Notes under the pieces: generated by a model
The model's database searches: none
Seen by the model: the letters and a program-made list of their open reading frames with translations, nothing else
Told to the model about the DNA's origin: nothing
Translations under genes and position numbers: made by a program
In this document: positions 1-7,884 of the stretch, one piece after another
Numbering within the stretch: position 1 is the first letter of the stretch
Layout of the letters: each line of letters starts with the position of its first letter
From: Burkholderiales bacterium
GTDB taxonomy: Bacteria; Pseudomonadota; Gammaproteobacteria; Burkholderiales; SG8-41
Direction of reading: 5' to 3'
NCBI GenBank assembly: GCA_037969525.1
Contig: JBBKXO010000099.1
Location: forward strand, 1,610 to 25,609
Length of the DNA stretch: 24,000 nucleotides

Positions 1-2
1 TG

Positions 3-683
3 TTGCTGGTGCAGGGCACCGCCGAACGCATCGCGGAACTCAAGGGTGGGGCGCAGCTGCTGGTGCTTGATGCTTCCATGGACTTGCCCAAAACCCAGCG
101 GGCGGGTGTGGCATTGCTGATCATGGGGTTGGTGGTGGTGTTTGCGGCAACAGGTACTCTGCCTATTTCATTTGCCGCGCTGGCAGGCATGCTGGCGATG
201 CTCGCGCTGCGTTGCCTGACGTGGGAACAGGCTGCAGCGGCATTGAGTACCCAGGTGATCATGATTGTCGCGGCCAGTCTGGCGCTGGGCCTGGCACTGG
301 AGCGCACTGGTGGGGCGCAGTACCTGGCGCAACTCTACGTAGCCCTGGCAGCGGGTTTTCCGCCGCTTGCCGTGCTCAGCGGCCTGATGCTGCTGATGGC
401 TGTGCTTACCAATATCGTGTCCAACAATGCCGCTGCGGTGATCGGCACGCCGATTGCGGTAAACATTGCGGCGCAACTGGGGGTTCCACCTGAACCCTTT
501 GTGCTGGCCGTTTTGTTCGGCGCCAACATGAGTTATGCAACGCCGATGGGTTACCAGACGAATCTGCTGATCATGAGTGCGGGCGGTTACCGCTTTTCGG
601 ACTTTGTGCGGGTTGGCATACCGCTGACCCTGATAATGTGGGGTGCTCTGACCGCCATGCTGGCGGTGACCTACAAATTGTAA
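3..683 (+). CDS. SLC13/CitT-type (ArsB/NhaD superfamily) anion permease, C-terminal portion; 5' end lies outside the window
   Basis: The ORF is open to the left window edge. The sequence is very hydrophobic and multi-TM, with the paired loop signatures TNIVSNNAAAVIGTPIA and GANMSYATPMGYQTNLL typical of this permease superfamily. The first ~25 aa (VQGTAERIAELKGGAQLLVLD) resemble the end of a TrkA-C/RCK_C insert. The call is by motif recognition only. Confidence 0.7.
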   Translation: MLVQGTAERIAELKGGAQLLVLDASMDLPKTQRAGVALLIMGLVVVFAATGTLPISFAALAGMLAMLALRCLTWEQAAAALSTQVIMIVAASLALGLALERTGGAQYLAQLYVALAAGFPPLAVLSGLMLLMAVLTNIVSNNAAAVIGTPIAVNIAAQLGVPPEPFVLAVLFGANMSYATPMGYQTNLLIMSAGGYRFSDFVRVGIPLTLIMWGALTAMLAVTYKL

Positions 684-705
684 GTGAGAGGCTGCCGGGT
701 GCCGT

Positions 706-2868
706 TCATGCGCCTGGGTGTTTGGTCGGGTTAGAAGCGTCGGACGGCGTCTCATTTCCAGAGGCGCGCAGTGGAAGAAATTTTTCGTCGAACGACGCAT
801 CATTCAGCCATTGCGAGATGGCTTCGAGCGCCATTTCCTCTGTGCGGAAAAAATTCTGTGCGCCGATTGTGCCGTAGAGTCCGGTTTTTTCCATGACGAC
901 CAGCACCTGACGCTTGAGTCCGCTGAACACCATGGTCACGCCGTTTTCCCGCAGCCGCTGCACCAGATGGCGGATCATGTCCTCCCCCGACGCGTCGAGT
1001 TCGTTGATGGCATCGCCGACCACGAGTATGTGCTTGGCCTCCGGGTTGTTTGCGACCTGTTCGAGTATGGTGTCTTCGAAATACGGCACATTGGCGAAAA
1101 ACAATGAACCGTCAAAACGGATGGCGATCATGCGCTCGCTCGTCGGCAGGCTGTACAAATGAGCATCACGCAATGTGCCGTCGGGGTGCCGTCCCAGCAC
1201 AACGATCCGCGGCCGCATCGTGCGGTAGAGATAGAGGATGATTGCCAGCGCTGCGCCGACGAGGATGCCGTTGTCCAAGTGTGGCGCGAAACTCAGCGTG
1301 GCAAAGAACGTCACCAGCGCAGCGATGCCATCGTGCCGGTGCGCCTGCCAGGCGTGCTTGATTGCCCGGAAATTCACCAGGTTGGACACGGCCAGCATGA
1401 TGATGGCCGCCAGCGCGGCCTGCGGCAGGTGATAGAGCAAGGGTGTAAACAGCAGCAGCGTAATCAGCACCAGCACTCCTGCAACAACTGAAGACAGACC
1501 AGTGACTGCGCCTGCAGACAGATTGACTGCCGAGCGGGAAAACGATCCGCTGACGGGGAAGGACTGAAATAACCCGCCGACGAGATTGGCCAACCCCTGG
1601 CCTATCAGTTCCTGGTCCGGGTTGATGCGTTGTTTGGTGCGGGTGGCCATGGACTTGGCGATGGATATCGCTTCCATGAATCCGATCAGCGCAATGACCA
1701 GCGCGGTGGGCAGCAGGGTGATGAGGGTATTCCAGTCGATGGCGGGCATCGTCGGATGGGGCAGGCCGGCCGGCACCATGCCAACGACCTCACCGCCGCC
1801 GCTCATCAGGATACGGTCGTTATCGATTTTCGAAATTACCCATCTACGCCCGTCCCTGACGGCGTCTGGTGGCGCAGTGCCGACCAGTTGAAAAGAGGTA
1901 TCCCCGTATTTGTATACGACGCCCTCAAAGCGGAACCTGCGCAATTCGGCGAACCGGATGCGATGCTCTGCCTCGACGGTGTTGATTTCCAGCCTGAGAA
2001 AATCGAGATCAGCATTGAGCATGATCAGTCGTGGATGATCGCTACCCTCCCTGGCGAGCAGCGCATCGATATCCGCTGATTTTCCGCTGGCTTCGGCTCT
2101 AAGGTCGCGGGCCCGCGCTGCCGTCGCGAGCAGCGAATCAATGACGTTGCGTACCTGCGGGTCGCGGAAATTATCGGCTGCCGCGGTGGTGTTGTGCTCG
2201 AAATTTAATGTCCAGCTGAGCAGGGTGGTCAGTGCGACGGCCATCAACACGCCCGGCCATGCCGGCCGGTAGCGGCGCACCAGCAGCATGATGGCCAGCG
2301 CCAGCAGACCCATCGCCAGGGTTGGCCAATGAGTGTCGCCAATACGCAGTATCACATCCCAGACATCGGCGAGAAAGCGGTCGGAACGCGCGCTGTGCAC
2401 ACCCAGCAGTTTGTTGAATTGCGACAGCGCAATGATGATTGCTGCGGCGTTGGTGAAACCGACAATAACCGGATGGGACAGAAAGTTGACGATGGCACCC
2501 AGGCGGAACAGTCCCATCGCGAGTTCCATGACCCCAACCATCAGTGCCAGTAGTATGGCCAGCGCAATAAACTGTTCGCTGCCGGGCGCGGCGAATTGTG
2601 CCAGAGCAGTTCCGGTAAGCAGGGAAACCATGGCCACCGGACCGGTGGCGAGCTGGTGTGATGATCCCCACATCGCGCCGATAATGACGGGCAGAAAGGC
2701 GGCATACAGGCCGTAGTAGGCCGGCAATCCGGCAAGCTGCGCATATGCCATGGACTGAGGGATCAGGACCATGGCAACGGTAGCGCCGGCGATCATGTCG
2801 GCACGCACAGCCTTCCGCCGTAACGGCAGCCATTGCAGGAATGGGAGCAGCCGGCGCGCGGCTTTCAT
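706..2868 (-). CDS. SulP-family anion transporter with C-terminal STAS domain; long form (720 aa) with an internal ~140-aa insertion
   Basis: N-terminal SulP signature RADMIAGATVAMVLIPQSMAYAQLAGLPAYYGLYAA. Multiple TM segments. C-terminal STAS-like block HILVVGDAINELDASGEDMIRHLVQRLRENGVTMVFSGL. ATG start lies 33 nt downstream of the stop of the upstream SulP paralogue, so the two are probably co-transcribed. Confidence 0.9.
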   Translation of the reverse strand: MKAARRLLPFLQWLPLRRKAVRADMIAGATVAMVLIPQSMAYAQLAGLPAYYGLYAAFLPVIIGAMWGSSHQLATGPVAMVSLLTGTALAQFAAPGSEQFIALAILLALMVGVMELAMGLFRLGAIVNFLSHPVIVGFTNAAAIIIALSQFNKLLGVHSARSDRFLADVWDVILRIGDTHWPTLAMGLLALAIMLLVRRYRPAWPGVLMAVALTTLLSWTLNFEHNTTAAADNFRDPQVRNVIDSLLATAARARDLRAEASGKSADIDALLAREGSDHPRLIMLNADLDFLRLEINTVEAEHRIRFAELRRFRFEGVVYKYGDTSFQLVGTAPPDAVRDGRRWVISKIDNDRILMSGGGEVVGMVPAGLPHPTMPAIDWNTLITLLPTALVIALIGFMEAISIAKSMATRTKQRINPDQELIGQGLANLVGGLFQSFPVSGSFSRSAVNLSAGAVTGLSSVVAGVLVLITLLLFTPLLYHLPQAALAAIIMLAVSNLVNFRAIKHAWQAHRHDGIAALVTFFATLSFAPHLDNGILVGAALAIILYLYRTMRPRIVVLGRHPDGTLRDAHLYSLPTSERMIAIRFDGSLFFANVPYFEDTILEQVANNPEAKHILVVGDAINELDASGEDMIRHLVQRLRENGVTMVFSGLKRQVLVVMEKTGLYGTIGAQNFFRTEEMALEAISQWLNDASFDEKFLPLRASGNETPSDASNPTKHPGA

Positions 2869-2901
2869 TGCATGCAGCAGTATGCTTTTGGCATATGACG
2901 G

Positions 2902-4713
2902 TCAGGTAGTGAGCGGAGTTCGTGGCGTGCCATCGGGCAGATTGGTCTGGCATTCACGGAAAATGCGCAACTTGCAGTCCCTGCAGATTGCGGTGTCAAG
3001 CTTCGGGTAAATGGCGCTGACGGCGCGGAATTTAACCGGAAAGATATTTTCCTTCCCGATACCCTTCATGTAGCCACCGCGATCGAGAAGTTGAATGACC
3101 TCGTTTTTCAGGCGATAGAAGTAGAGGCCGCCACCTGTACGACGTCGGCGCTTGGCTTCATGAGTCAGCAGTTCAGCACCTGCGATGTCGACGAAATTGA
3201 TTCCGCTGGCGACTATTAATACGTGTTTCTGCGGAGTGCTTTCGCCGATCTGCTGCAGCACCTGTTGGGTGTGATCGACAGCGCCGAAAAAGATCGATCC
3301 GTTGATGCGCACACATTTGAGTTGCGGGCAATCCGGAAGGCCGGTGTCGGTGGCGTAGTGATAGGAGCCTTCGCCGGGGTCGGGTTTGACGTCGAGGACC
3401 AGCGGGTGTGAGGTCCGCTTCAGATACAACATCAGCGACAGCAGCACACCGGCGTAAATGGCGAATTCGAGTTCCACGAACAGTGTGGCCAGTATCGTGA
3501 TGATCAGCACCACTGTTTCCGCAATGCTGGTGCGCATGATGTTGCGCATTTGCGGAATGTCGACCAGGCCCCAGGCTACCAGGAACAGCAGGCCGGCCAT
3601 CGCCGGAACGGGCAGGTAGCGCACGAAAGGCGCTACCAGGAGCACGATCATCAGCAGGAAAAATGCCGACAGCACGGCGGCCATTGGGGTGCGGGCACCG
3701 GCCTCATAGTTCAGGCCGCTGCGGTTGAAGGAACCGCTGGAGGCATATGCCGAGAAAAAGCTGCCCGCTATATTGGAAAGACCCTGGCCGATGAATTCCT
3801 GGTTGCCGTCTATGCGTTGTTCGGAGCGCACCGCAATGGCGCGGGCGATCGATACGGCTTCTGTCAAACCCAGCATGGTCAGCGCTACCGCGATGGATGT
3901 GGTCTTGCGCAGCGCCTCCAGCGAGAAATTGGGGATGGAAAACTGCGGGAAAATACCGGACAGCGCCTTGACTGTAGCGATGTGCTGACGTGCATCCAGT
4001 TGCGGGATCAGGCCCAAGCCCCATGCATAAAGACTGCCAACCAGGAGGGCCACGATCATGTACGGGACTTTGCGGAAGCGCCGCTTGACGAAAACCCCGG
4101 TAAGCAACGTTATCATGGCGACTGATGAGGCATACCAGTCGATGTCGTTGAGGCCGGTGACCATCTGAAACAGAGTTTCGGCGAAGGAAATGCCGCGTTG
4201 CATCGGAATACCGAAAAAGTGCGGAACCTGCGTGCTGATAATCAGCAGTCCGGCCCCGGCGGTAAAGCCAAGAACCACGGTATGGGAAATGAAATTCACC
4301 AGCGCACCCATGCGCGCCAGACCCATGGCTAACTGGAAGACTCCGGTGAGGAAGGTCACCATCAGCACCAGCCGGATATATTCCGGCGTTCCGGGTTCCG
4401 CAACGCCGCTCATCGTTGAGTAAATCACGATGGAGATCGCCGTGGTCGGACCGGAAACCAGATGCCAGCTGGATCCAAACAGCGCCGCCACGACCGCCGG
4501 TATCATGGCCGCATACAGGCCGTATTCAGGCGGCAAGCCGGCTATGGTGGCAAAGGCGACGCCCTGGGGCAGGACGACAATCGCGCCGGTAAGCCCGGCC
4601 ATCGCGTCGGCGCGCAGCGTGTCGCGCTTGAGCATCGGCCACCAGCGCAGGAACGGAAATATCCGGCTGGCGTAGATCAGAAAGTCAGGCAGGGTTGGAG
4701 ATGGGAACTTCAA
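2902..4713 (-). CDS. SulP-family anion transporter with C-terminal STAS domain (603 aa)
   Basis: SulP signature RADAMAGLTGAIVVLPQGVAFATIAGLPPEYGLYAA and STAS-like block HVLIVASGINFVDIAGAELLTHEAKRRRRTGGGLYFYRL. Alignment to the neighbouring paralogue (RIFPFLRWWP vs RLLPFLQWLP) puts the start upstream of residue 17. The only candidate is TTG at 4713, preceded by an A8 tract, so the exact start is uncertain. Confidence 0.88.
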   Translation of the reverse strand: MKFPSPTLPDFLIYASRIFPFLRWWPMLKRDTLRADAMAGLTGAIVVLPQGVAFATIAGLPPEYGLYAAMIPAVVAALFGSSWHLVSGPTTAISIVIYSTMSGVAEPGTPEYIRLVLMVTFLTGVFQLAMGLARMGALVNFISHTVVLGFTAGAGLLIISTQVPHFFGIPMQRGISFAETLFQMVTGLNDIDWYASSVAMITLLTGVFVKRRFRKVPYMIVALLVGSLYAWGLGLIPQLDARQHIATVKALSGIFPQFSIPNFSLEALRKTTSIAVALTMLGLTEAVSIARAIAVRSEQRIDGNQEFIGQGLSNIAGSFFSAYASSGSFNRSGLNYEAGARTPMAAVLSAFFLLMIVLLVAPFVRYLPVPAMAGLLFLVAWGLVDIPQMRNIMRTSIAETVVLIITILATLFVELEFAIYAGVLLSLMLYLKRTSHPLVLDVKPDPGEGSYHYATDTGLPDCPQLKCVRINGSIFFGAVDHTQQVLQQIGESTPQKHVLIVASGINFVDIAGAELLTHEAKRRRRTGGGLYFYRLKNEVIQLLDRGGYMKGIGKENIFPVKFRAVSAIYPKLDTAICRDCKLRIFRECQTNLPDGTPRTPLTT

Positions 4714-4738
4714 TTTTTTTTCCGATGCGACTGCTTTG

Positions 4739-4767
4739 ATTATCGGTCATCGGCGCATTGATGGGAA
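4739..4767 (-). promoter_or_regulatory. Candidate sigma70 promoter for the SulP operon (-35 TTCCCA, 17-bp spacer, -10 GATAAT)
   Basis: The minus strand reads ctgatTTCCCAtcaatgcgccgatgaccGATAATcaaa. The -10 is at 4744-4739 and the -35 at 4767-4762. The predicted TSS is about 19 nt upstream of the TTG start. Hexamer matching by eye only. Confidence 0.3.
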
Positions 4768-4799
4768 ATCAGGTGAATTTGATGGGCAATCAGCGAAAT
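4758..4799. repeat. Two tandem 21-bp direct repeats, each containing a TGAT-N5-ATCA palindrome, in the SulP/cytochrome c divergent intergenic region
   Basis: Copy 1 is 4758-4778, ttgatgggaaatcaggtgaat. Copy 2 is 4779-4799, ttgatgggcaatcagcgaaat. They are 17/21 identical and abut exactly, a period of two helical turns. Confidence 0.6.
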
Positions 4800-4807
4800 T
4801 TTTGGGA

Positions 4808-4813
4808 TATAAT
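4808..4813 (+). promoter_or_regulatory. Consensus -10 hexamer TATAAT upstream of the first cytochrome c gene
   Basis: Perfect TATAAT 42 nt upstream of the ATG at 4855. No good -35 lies 17-18 bp upstream; that position is occupied by repeat copy 2. This suggests factor dependence. Confidence 0.35.
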
Positions 4814-4854
4814 CCGCGTCCTGCATAGTCTGAAACAGAGGAAAGAGCGCCCTC

Positions 4855-5196
4855 ATGAAACGTTTATCTGCAATTTTCCTGAGTCTTGGTGTGGCGACAG
4901 GTGTGGCGTTGTCGGCCCCGGGCATCACCCAGGCTGCGGAAGGTAACCCGGCCGCAGGCAAGAACAAGACTTCAATGTGCGCCGGTTGCCACGGCATCCC
5001 CGGTTACAAAACTGCTTTTCCTGTCACTTACAGCGTACCCAAGATCGGTGGCCAGCATGCGGCATATCTGGTCAAGGCGCTGCAGAGCTACAAGAACGGC
5101 GATCGCTCGCATCCGTCGATGCGTGCAATTGCAGCAGGACTGACGGACCAGGATATGGCTGACCTGGCAGCGTATTACGCTGCAGCGTCAAAATAA
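4855..5196 (+). CDS. Periplasmic class I monohaem cytochrome c (cytochrome c4-domain-like / c-552/553 type)
   Basis: Signal peptide MKRLSAIFLSLGVATGVALSAPGITQA. Single CAGCHG haem-binding motif. Candidate distal Met in SHPSMRA. C-terminal DLAAYYAA helix typical of c4-type domains. The purine-rich tract gaggaaagag (4834-4843) lies 11 nt upstream of the ATG. Confidence 0.85.
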   Translation: MKRLSAIFLSLGVATGVALSAPGITQAAEGNPAAGKNKTSMCAGCHGIPGYKTAFPVTYSVPKIGGQHAAYLVKALQSYKNGDRSHPSMRAIAAGLTDQDMADLAAYYAAASK

Positions 5197-5215
5197 CGGA
5201 ACAGAGGGGAAACTG

Positions 5216-5536
5216 ATGAAGAAAATGCTGTGGATTGCCGGTTGTGCGGTGTTGCTCGCCAGCGGCTCGGCGCTGGCTGCGAATCCGGCTGCGGGCAAGG
5301 AAAAATCCAAAGTCTGCGCAGCCTGTCACGGACCGGACGGCAACAGCGCGGCACCGGATTTCCCCCGCCTTGCTGGGCAGAACTTTGATTATCTGGTCAA
5401 GGTCTTGTCTGATTACAAGGCCGGGGAGCGCAAGAACGCAATCATGGTGCCACAGTCCGCAAATCTTTCCGTACGGGATATCGAGGATCTGGCCGCTTAT
5501 TATTCGAGACAGACAGGACTTGTGGTCAAGTACTGA
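5216..5536 (+). CDS. Periplasmic class I monohaem cytochrome c, paralogue of the upstream gene
   Basis: Signal peptide MKKMLWIAGCAVLLASGSALA. CAACHG motif. Candidate Met ligand in NAIMVPQ. DLAAYYSRQ tail. RBS gagggg lies 6 nt upstream. The gene starts 19 nt after the previous stop. Confidence 0.85.
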   Translation: MKKMLWIAGCAVLLASGSALAANPAAGKEKSKVCAACHGPDGNSAAPDFPRLAGQNFDYLVKVLSDYKAGERKNAIMVPQSANLSVRDIEDLAAYYSRQTGLVVKY

Positions 5537-5553
5537 GCCAATCTCAGGCTGGC

Positions 5554-5586
5554 AAAACCGCGCCCGACTTTCGGCGCGGTTTTTTT
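5554..5586. terminator. Bidirectional rho-independent terminator shared by the cytochrome c operon (+) and nth (-)
   Basis: aaaACCGCGCCcgactttcGGCGCGGTttttttt. The stem is 8 bp (7 G:C), the loop is 8 nt, a T7 run follows on the + strand, and an A4 run (T4 on the - strand) sits on the other side. It lies between convergent stops at 5536 and 5597. Confidence 0.75.
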
Positions 5587-5596
5587 ACGCCGCGTA

Positions 5597-6229
5597 TTAC
5601 GCTGTTTTCCCGCGGAATTCACACAAATCGCGGATGAGGCATCCGCCGCAGCGCGGCTTGCGCGCCACGCACACATAGCGCCCGTGGAGGATCAGCCAGT
5701 GGTGGGCGTGCAGCTTGAATTCATCCGGGATGACTTTCAGTAATTTCTGTTCGACTGCCAGTGGCGTCTTGCCGGAGGCAATTCCTGTGCGGTTGGCAAT
5801 GCGAAAAATGTGGGTGTCTACCGCGATGGTGGGTTCGCCGAATGCGATATTGAGTACAACATTAGCGGTCTTGCGCCCGACTCCCGGGAGTTCTTCCAGG
5901 GAAGCGCGATCACGGGGCACAGTGCTGCCGTGCTTCTCGATGAGAATTTTGCAGGTAGCGAGTATATTTCTAGCCTTGGTGTGGTAGAGGCCAATGCGCT
6001 TGATATGAAGCTCCAGCCCCGCGGTGCCGAGCTTGAGCAGCGCCTGGGGTGTATTCGCAACCCGGTATAGACCGCGGGTGGCCAGATTGACGCTCTTGTC
6101 GGTGGCTTGTGCGGACAGGATCACCGCCACCAGCAGTTCAAATGGCGTCGCATATTCCAGTTCGCCGCGTGGCTCAGGATTCGCGGATTGGAAACGCTCG
6201 AATATGGCGTGGCGTTTGACGGGATTCAA
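5597..6229 (-). CDS. nth: Endonuclease III (DNA-(apurinic/apyrimidinic site) lyase / thymine glycol glycosylase)
   Basis: Collinear with E. coli Nth from residue 2 (MNPVKR...FELLVAVILSAQATDKSVN). HhH-GPD motif LPGVGRKTANVVL. C-terminal 4Fe-4S ligand pattern CVARKPRCGGCLIRDLC. The start codon is TTG (ttg aat ccc), supported by the N-terminal alignment. Confidence 0.95.
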   Translation of the reverse strand: MNPVKRHAIFERFQSANPEPRGELEYATPFELLVAVILSAQATDKSVNLATRGLYRVANTPQALLKLGTAGLELHIKRIGLYHTKARNILATCKILIEKHGSTVPRDRASLEELPGVGRKTANVVLNIAFGEPTIAVDTHIFRIANRTGIASGKTPLAVEQKLLKVIPDEFKLHAHHWLILHGRYVCVARKPRCGGCLIRDLCEFRGKTA

Positions 6230-6302
6230 GGCATTCCTGAAGGACGTGGTTGAGTTGGTGCCAGGTGATTATAATGGGCTGAATTCTCAACCAGGATTGG
6301 CA

Positions 6303-6857
6303 ATGCTCAAGGTTGTGCGCAGATTATGCTGTGGGTTGCCCATGTTGCTGTGCCTGCTGGCAGTAATGGCCGGGCCGGCATTGGCGGAGCCGGTAACGGT
6401 AGAGCGTGACAGCGCACTGCGTGCCGAACCCCGCACGGACGCCGGCGTGGTTGGAAATCTGGCCAAGGGCGCTGCGGGTGATGCCGTTGCACGGCAGGGC
6501 GCCTGGGTACAGGTCAAGTCCGGTGCGATGACGGGCTGGCTCTATTCCTTCAACGTCCGGTTTGGCGCCGTTACCGCCGGCGCAGGTGAGGGATCAGGCG
6601 CAGGATCTGCACTGGGACGCGTGTTCGGACCGCGGCAGCGGGTGAATGTCACGGCCACCATCGGGATCCGCGGCCTCGACGAGGAAGATCTTAAGCAGGC
6701 GAAGTTCGACGCCGGACAACTCCAGGCCCTCGATGGTTTTGCCGCAAGCCGTGGACAGGCCGATGCGTATGCGGACCAGGCCGGCCTCAGCGCGAGTCAG
6801 GTCGAGTATCTCTCACAACCTGCACAGAGCAGCGGTGAAGCGGGGTCGTCGCAATGA
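6303..6857 (+). CDS. Secreted SH3b-domain protein of unknown function
   Basis: The track ORF starts at 6024, but its first 93 codons are antisense to nth. ATG at 6303 gives a signal peptide MLKVVRRLCCGLPMLLCLLAVMAGPALA followed by an SH3_3-like block (VERDSALRAEPRTDAGVVGNLAKGAAGDAVARQGAWVQVKSGAMTGWLYSFNV). The stop overlaps the next start (ATGA). Confidence 0.6.
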   Translation: MLKVVRRLCCGLPMLLCLLAVMAGPALAEPVTVERDSALRAEPRTDAGVVGNLAKGAAGDAVARQGAWVQVKSGAMTGWLYSFNVRFGAVTAGAGEGSGAGSALGRVFGPRQRVNVTATIGIRGLDEEDLKQAKFDAGQLQALDGFAASRGQADAYADQAGLSASQVEYLSQPAQSSGEAGSSQ

Positions 6858-7831
6858 ATGCTGTGCCGCAAATGCTTGCACTTGTAGTGGCCATAACGCT
6901 GGGAATGTCCGCGGTCCCTGCAGTCTGGGCGCAATCAATCGACCTGAACCGGATATTCAGTATCGGCCGCGATGCAGTCACGGCAGTGGCAGGCGTCAGT
7001 GAAGAGGAAGAGTTGACCATGGGTCGCGAGATTGCGGGGCGCATGCTCGGCGCTGCGCCGCTGGTCAACGATGCTGCGCTGCAGAGTTACGTCAACCGCG
7101 TCGGACGCTGGATCGCGGTCCAGAGCGAGCGGCCCGAATTGCCGTGGCGATTTGCGGTAATCGACACGGCGTCCATCAATGCTTTTGCTGCGCCGGGTGG
7201 TTATGTGCTGTTGACTCGCGGTCTGTACGACATACTCGACAACGAAGCGCAGCTCGCCGGCGTGCTGGCCCACGAGATCGGCCATGTGGTGCGCCGTCAC
7301 CATGTGACAGTGATGCAGAAAAGTGCTGCGCTGTCGGCCGGTGCCCAGATAGCACAACGCGACAATCGCTCGGCGTTGGTGAACAATATGATCGGCACGG
7401 GTGCAGAGGTGTTCGCCCGCGGGCTCGACAAAAGCGCGGAGTACGAAGCAGACGCCATAGGCGTGGTGCTGGCGGCACGCGCGGGTTACAACCCGTTTGG
7501 TCTGATCGACGTATTGCACAAGCTGGCCGCCCGCGGTGCAGCGGATGGATCACTGGCGCTGCTGTTCAAAACCCATCCGCCGCCGGGTGATCGTCTGGGG
7601 CAACTGGGTGAGGCGCTGACGCCGCATCTGGCGCGGTTGCCGGCAGGGAAGAATCCGGATATACGCCGCGTCGCCGCCGGTGCAGGGCCAATGCGTGCGG
7701 CGCAGCCGCTACCGGCCGAGGGTGCGCGCGGCCTGACAGCCCAGCAACCCAAGGAACAACCACAGCCGGCGCAGCAACCCAAGGGCGGTCTCGATCCGGG
7801 GCAGTTACTGCGCGGCATCTTCGGCCGTTGA
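6854..7831 (+). CDS. Periplasmic M48-family zinc metalloprotease
   Basis: Signal peptide MNAVPQMLALVVAITLGMSAVPAVWA. HExxH zinc motif in LAHEIGHVVRRHH, with a downstream EYEAD third-ligand region. Low-complexity P/Q/A-rich C-terminal tail. Confidence 0.85.
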   Translation: MNAVPQMLALVVAITLGMSAVPAVWAQSIDLNRIFSIGRDAVTAVAGVSEEEELTMGREIAGRMLGAAPLVNDAALQSYVNRVGRWIAVQSERPELPWRFAVIDTASINAFAAPGGYVLLTRGLYDILDNEAQLAGVLAHEIGHVVRRHHVTVMQKSAALSAGAQIAQRDNRSALVNNMIGTGAEVFARGLDKSAEYEADAIGVVLAARAGYNPFGLIDVLHKLAARGAADGSLALLFKTHPPPGDRLGQLGEALTPHLARLPAGKNPDIRRVAAGAGPMRAAQPLPAEGARGLTAQQPKEQPQPAQQPKGGLDPGQLLRGIFGR

Positions 7832-7884
7832 GACGGCTGGGCCTGAATCGGTTAAGGCGAGTGCAGTAGCCCCGAAACTCGTAT

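Noticed and set aside
168-803. 211-aa minus-strand ORF over the SLC13 permease gene
   Set aside because: It is antisense to a convincing membrane-protein frame and has an Arg/His/Gln-rich shadow composition.
4758-4793. TTGATGGGAAATCAG / TTGATGGGCAATCAG as FNR/CRP boxes
   Set aside because: The half-site spacing is TGA-N7-TCA rather than the invariant TGA-N6-TCA of FNR/CRP-family sites. They are kept as repeats for an unknown regulator, not called as FNR sites.
6248-6292. Inverted repeat GGTTGAG…CTCAACC flanking a TATAAT (6270-6275) in the nth/SH3b divergent region
   Set aside because: The arms are 31 nt apart, too far for a typical operator or a stable hairpin, and nothing corroborates a function. 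The TATAAT may still be a -10 element, but no -35 partner was found.
6024-6302. 93-codon N-terminal extension of the SH3b-protein ORF
   Set aside because: It is antisense to the nth coding sequence. ATG 6303 yields a proper signal peptide.
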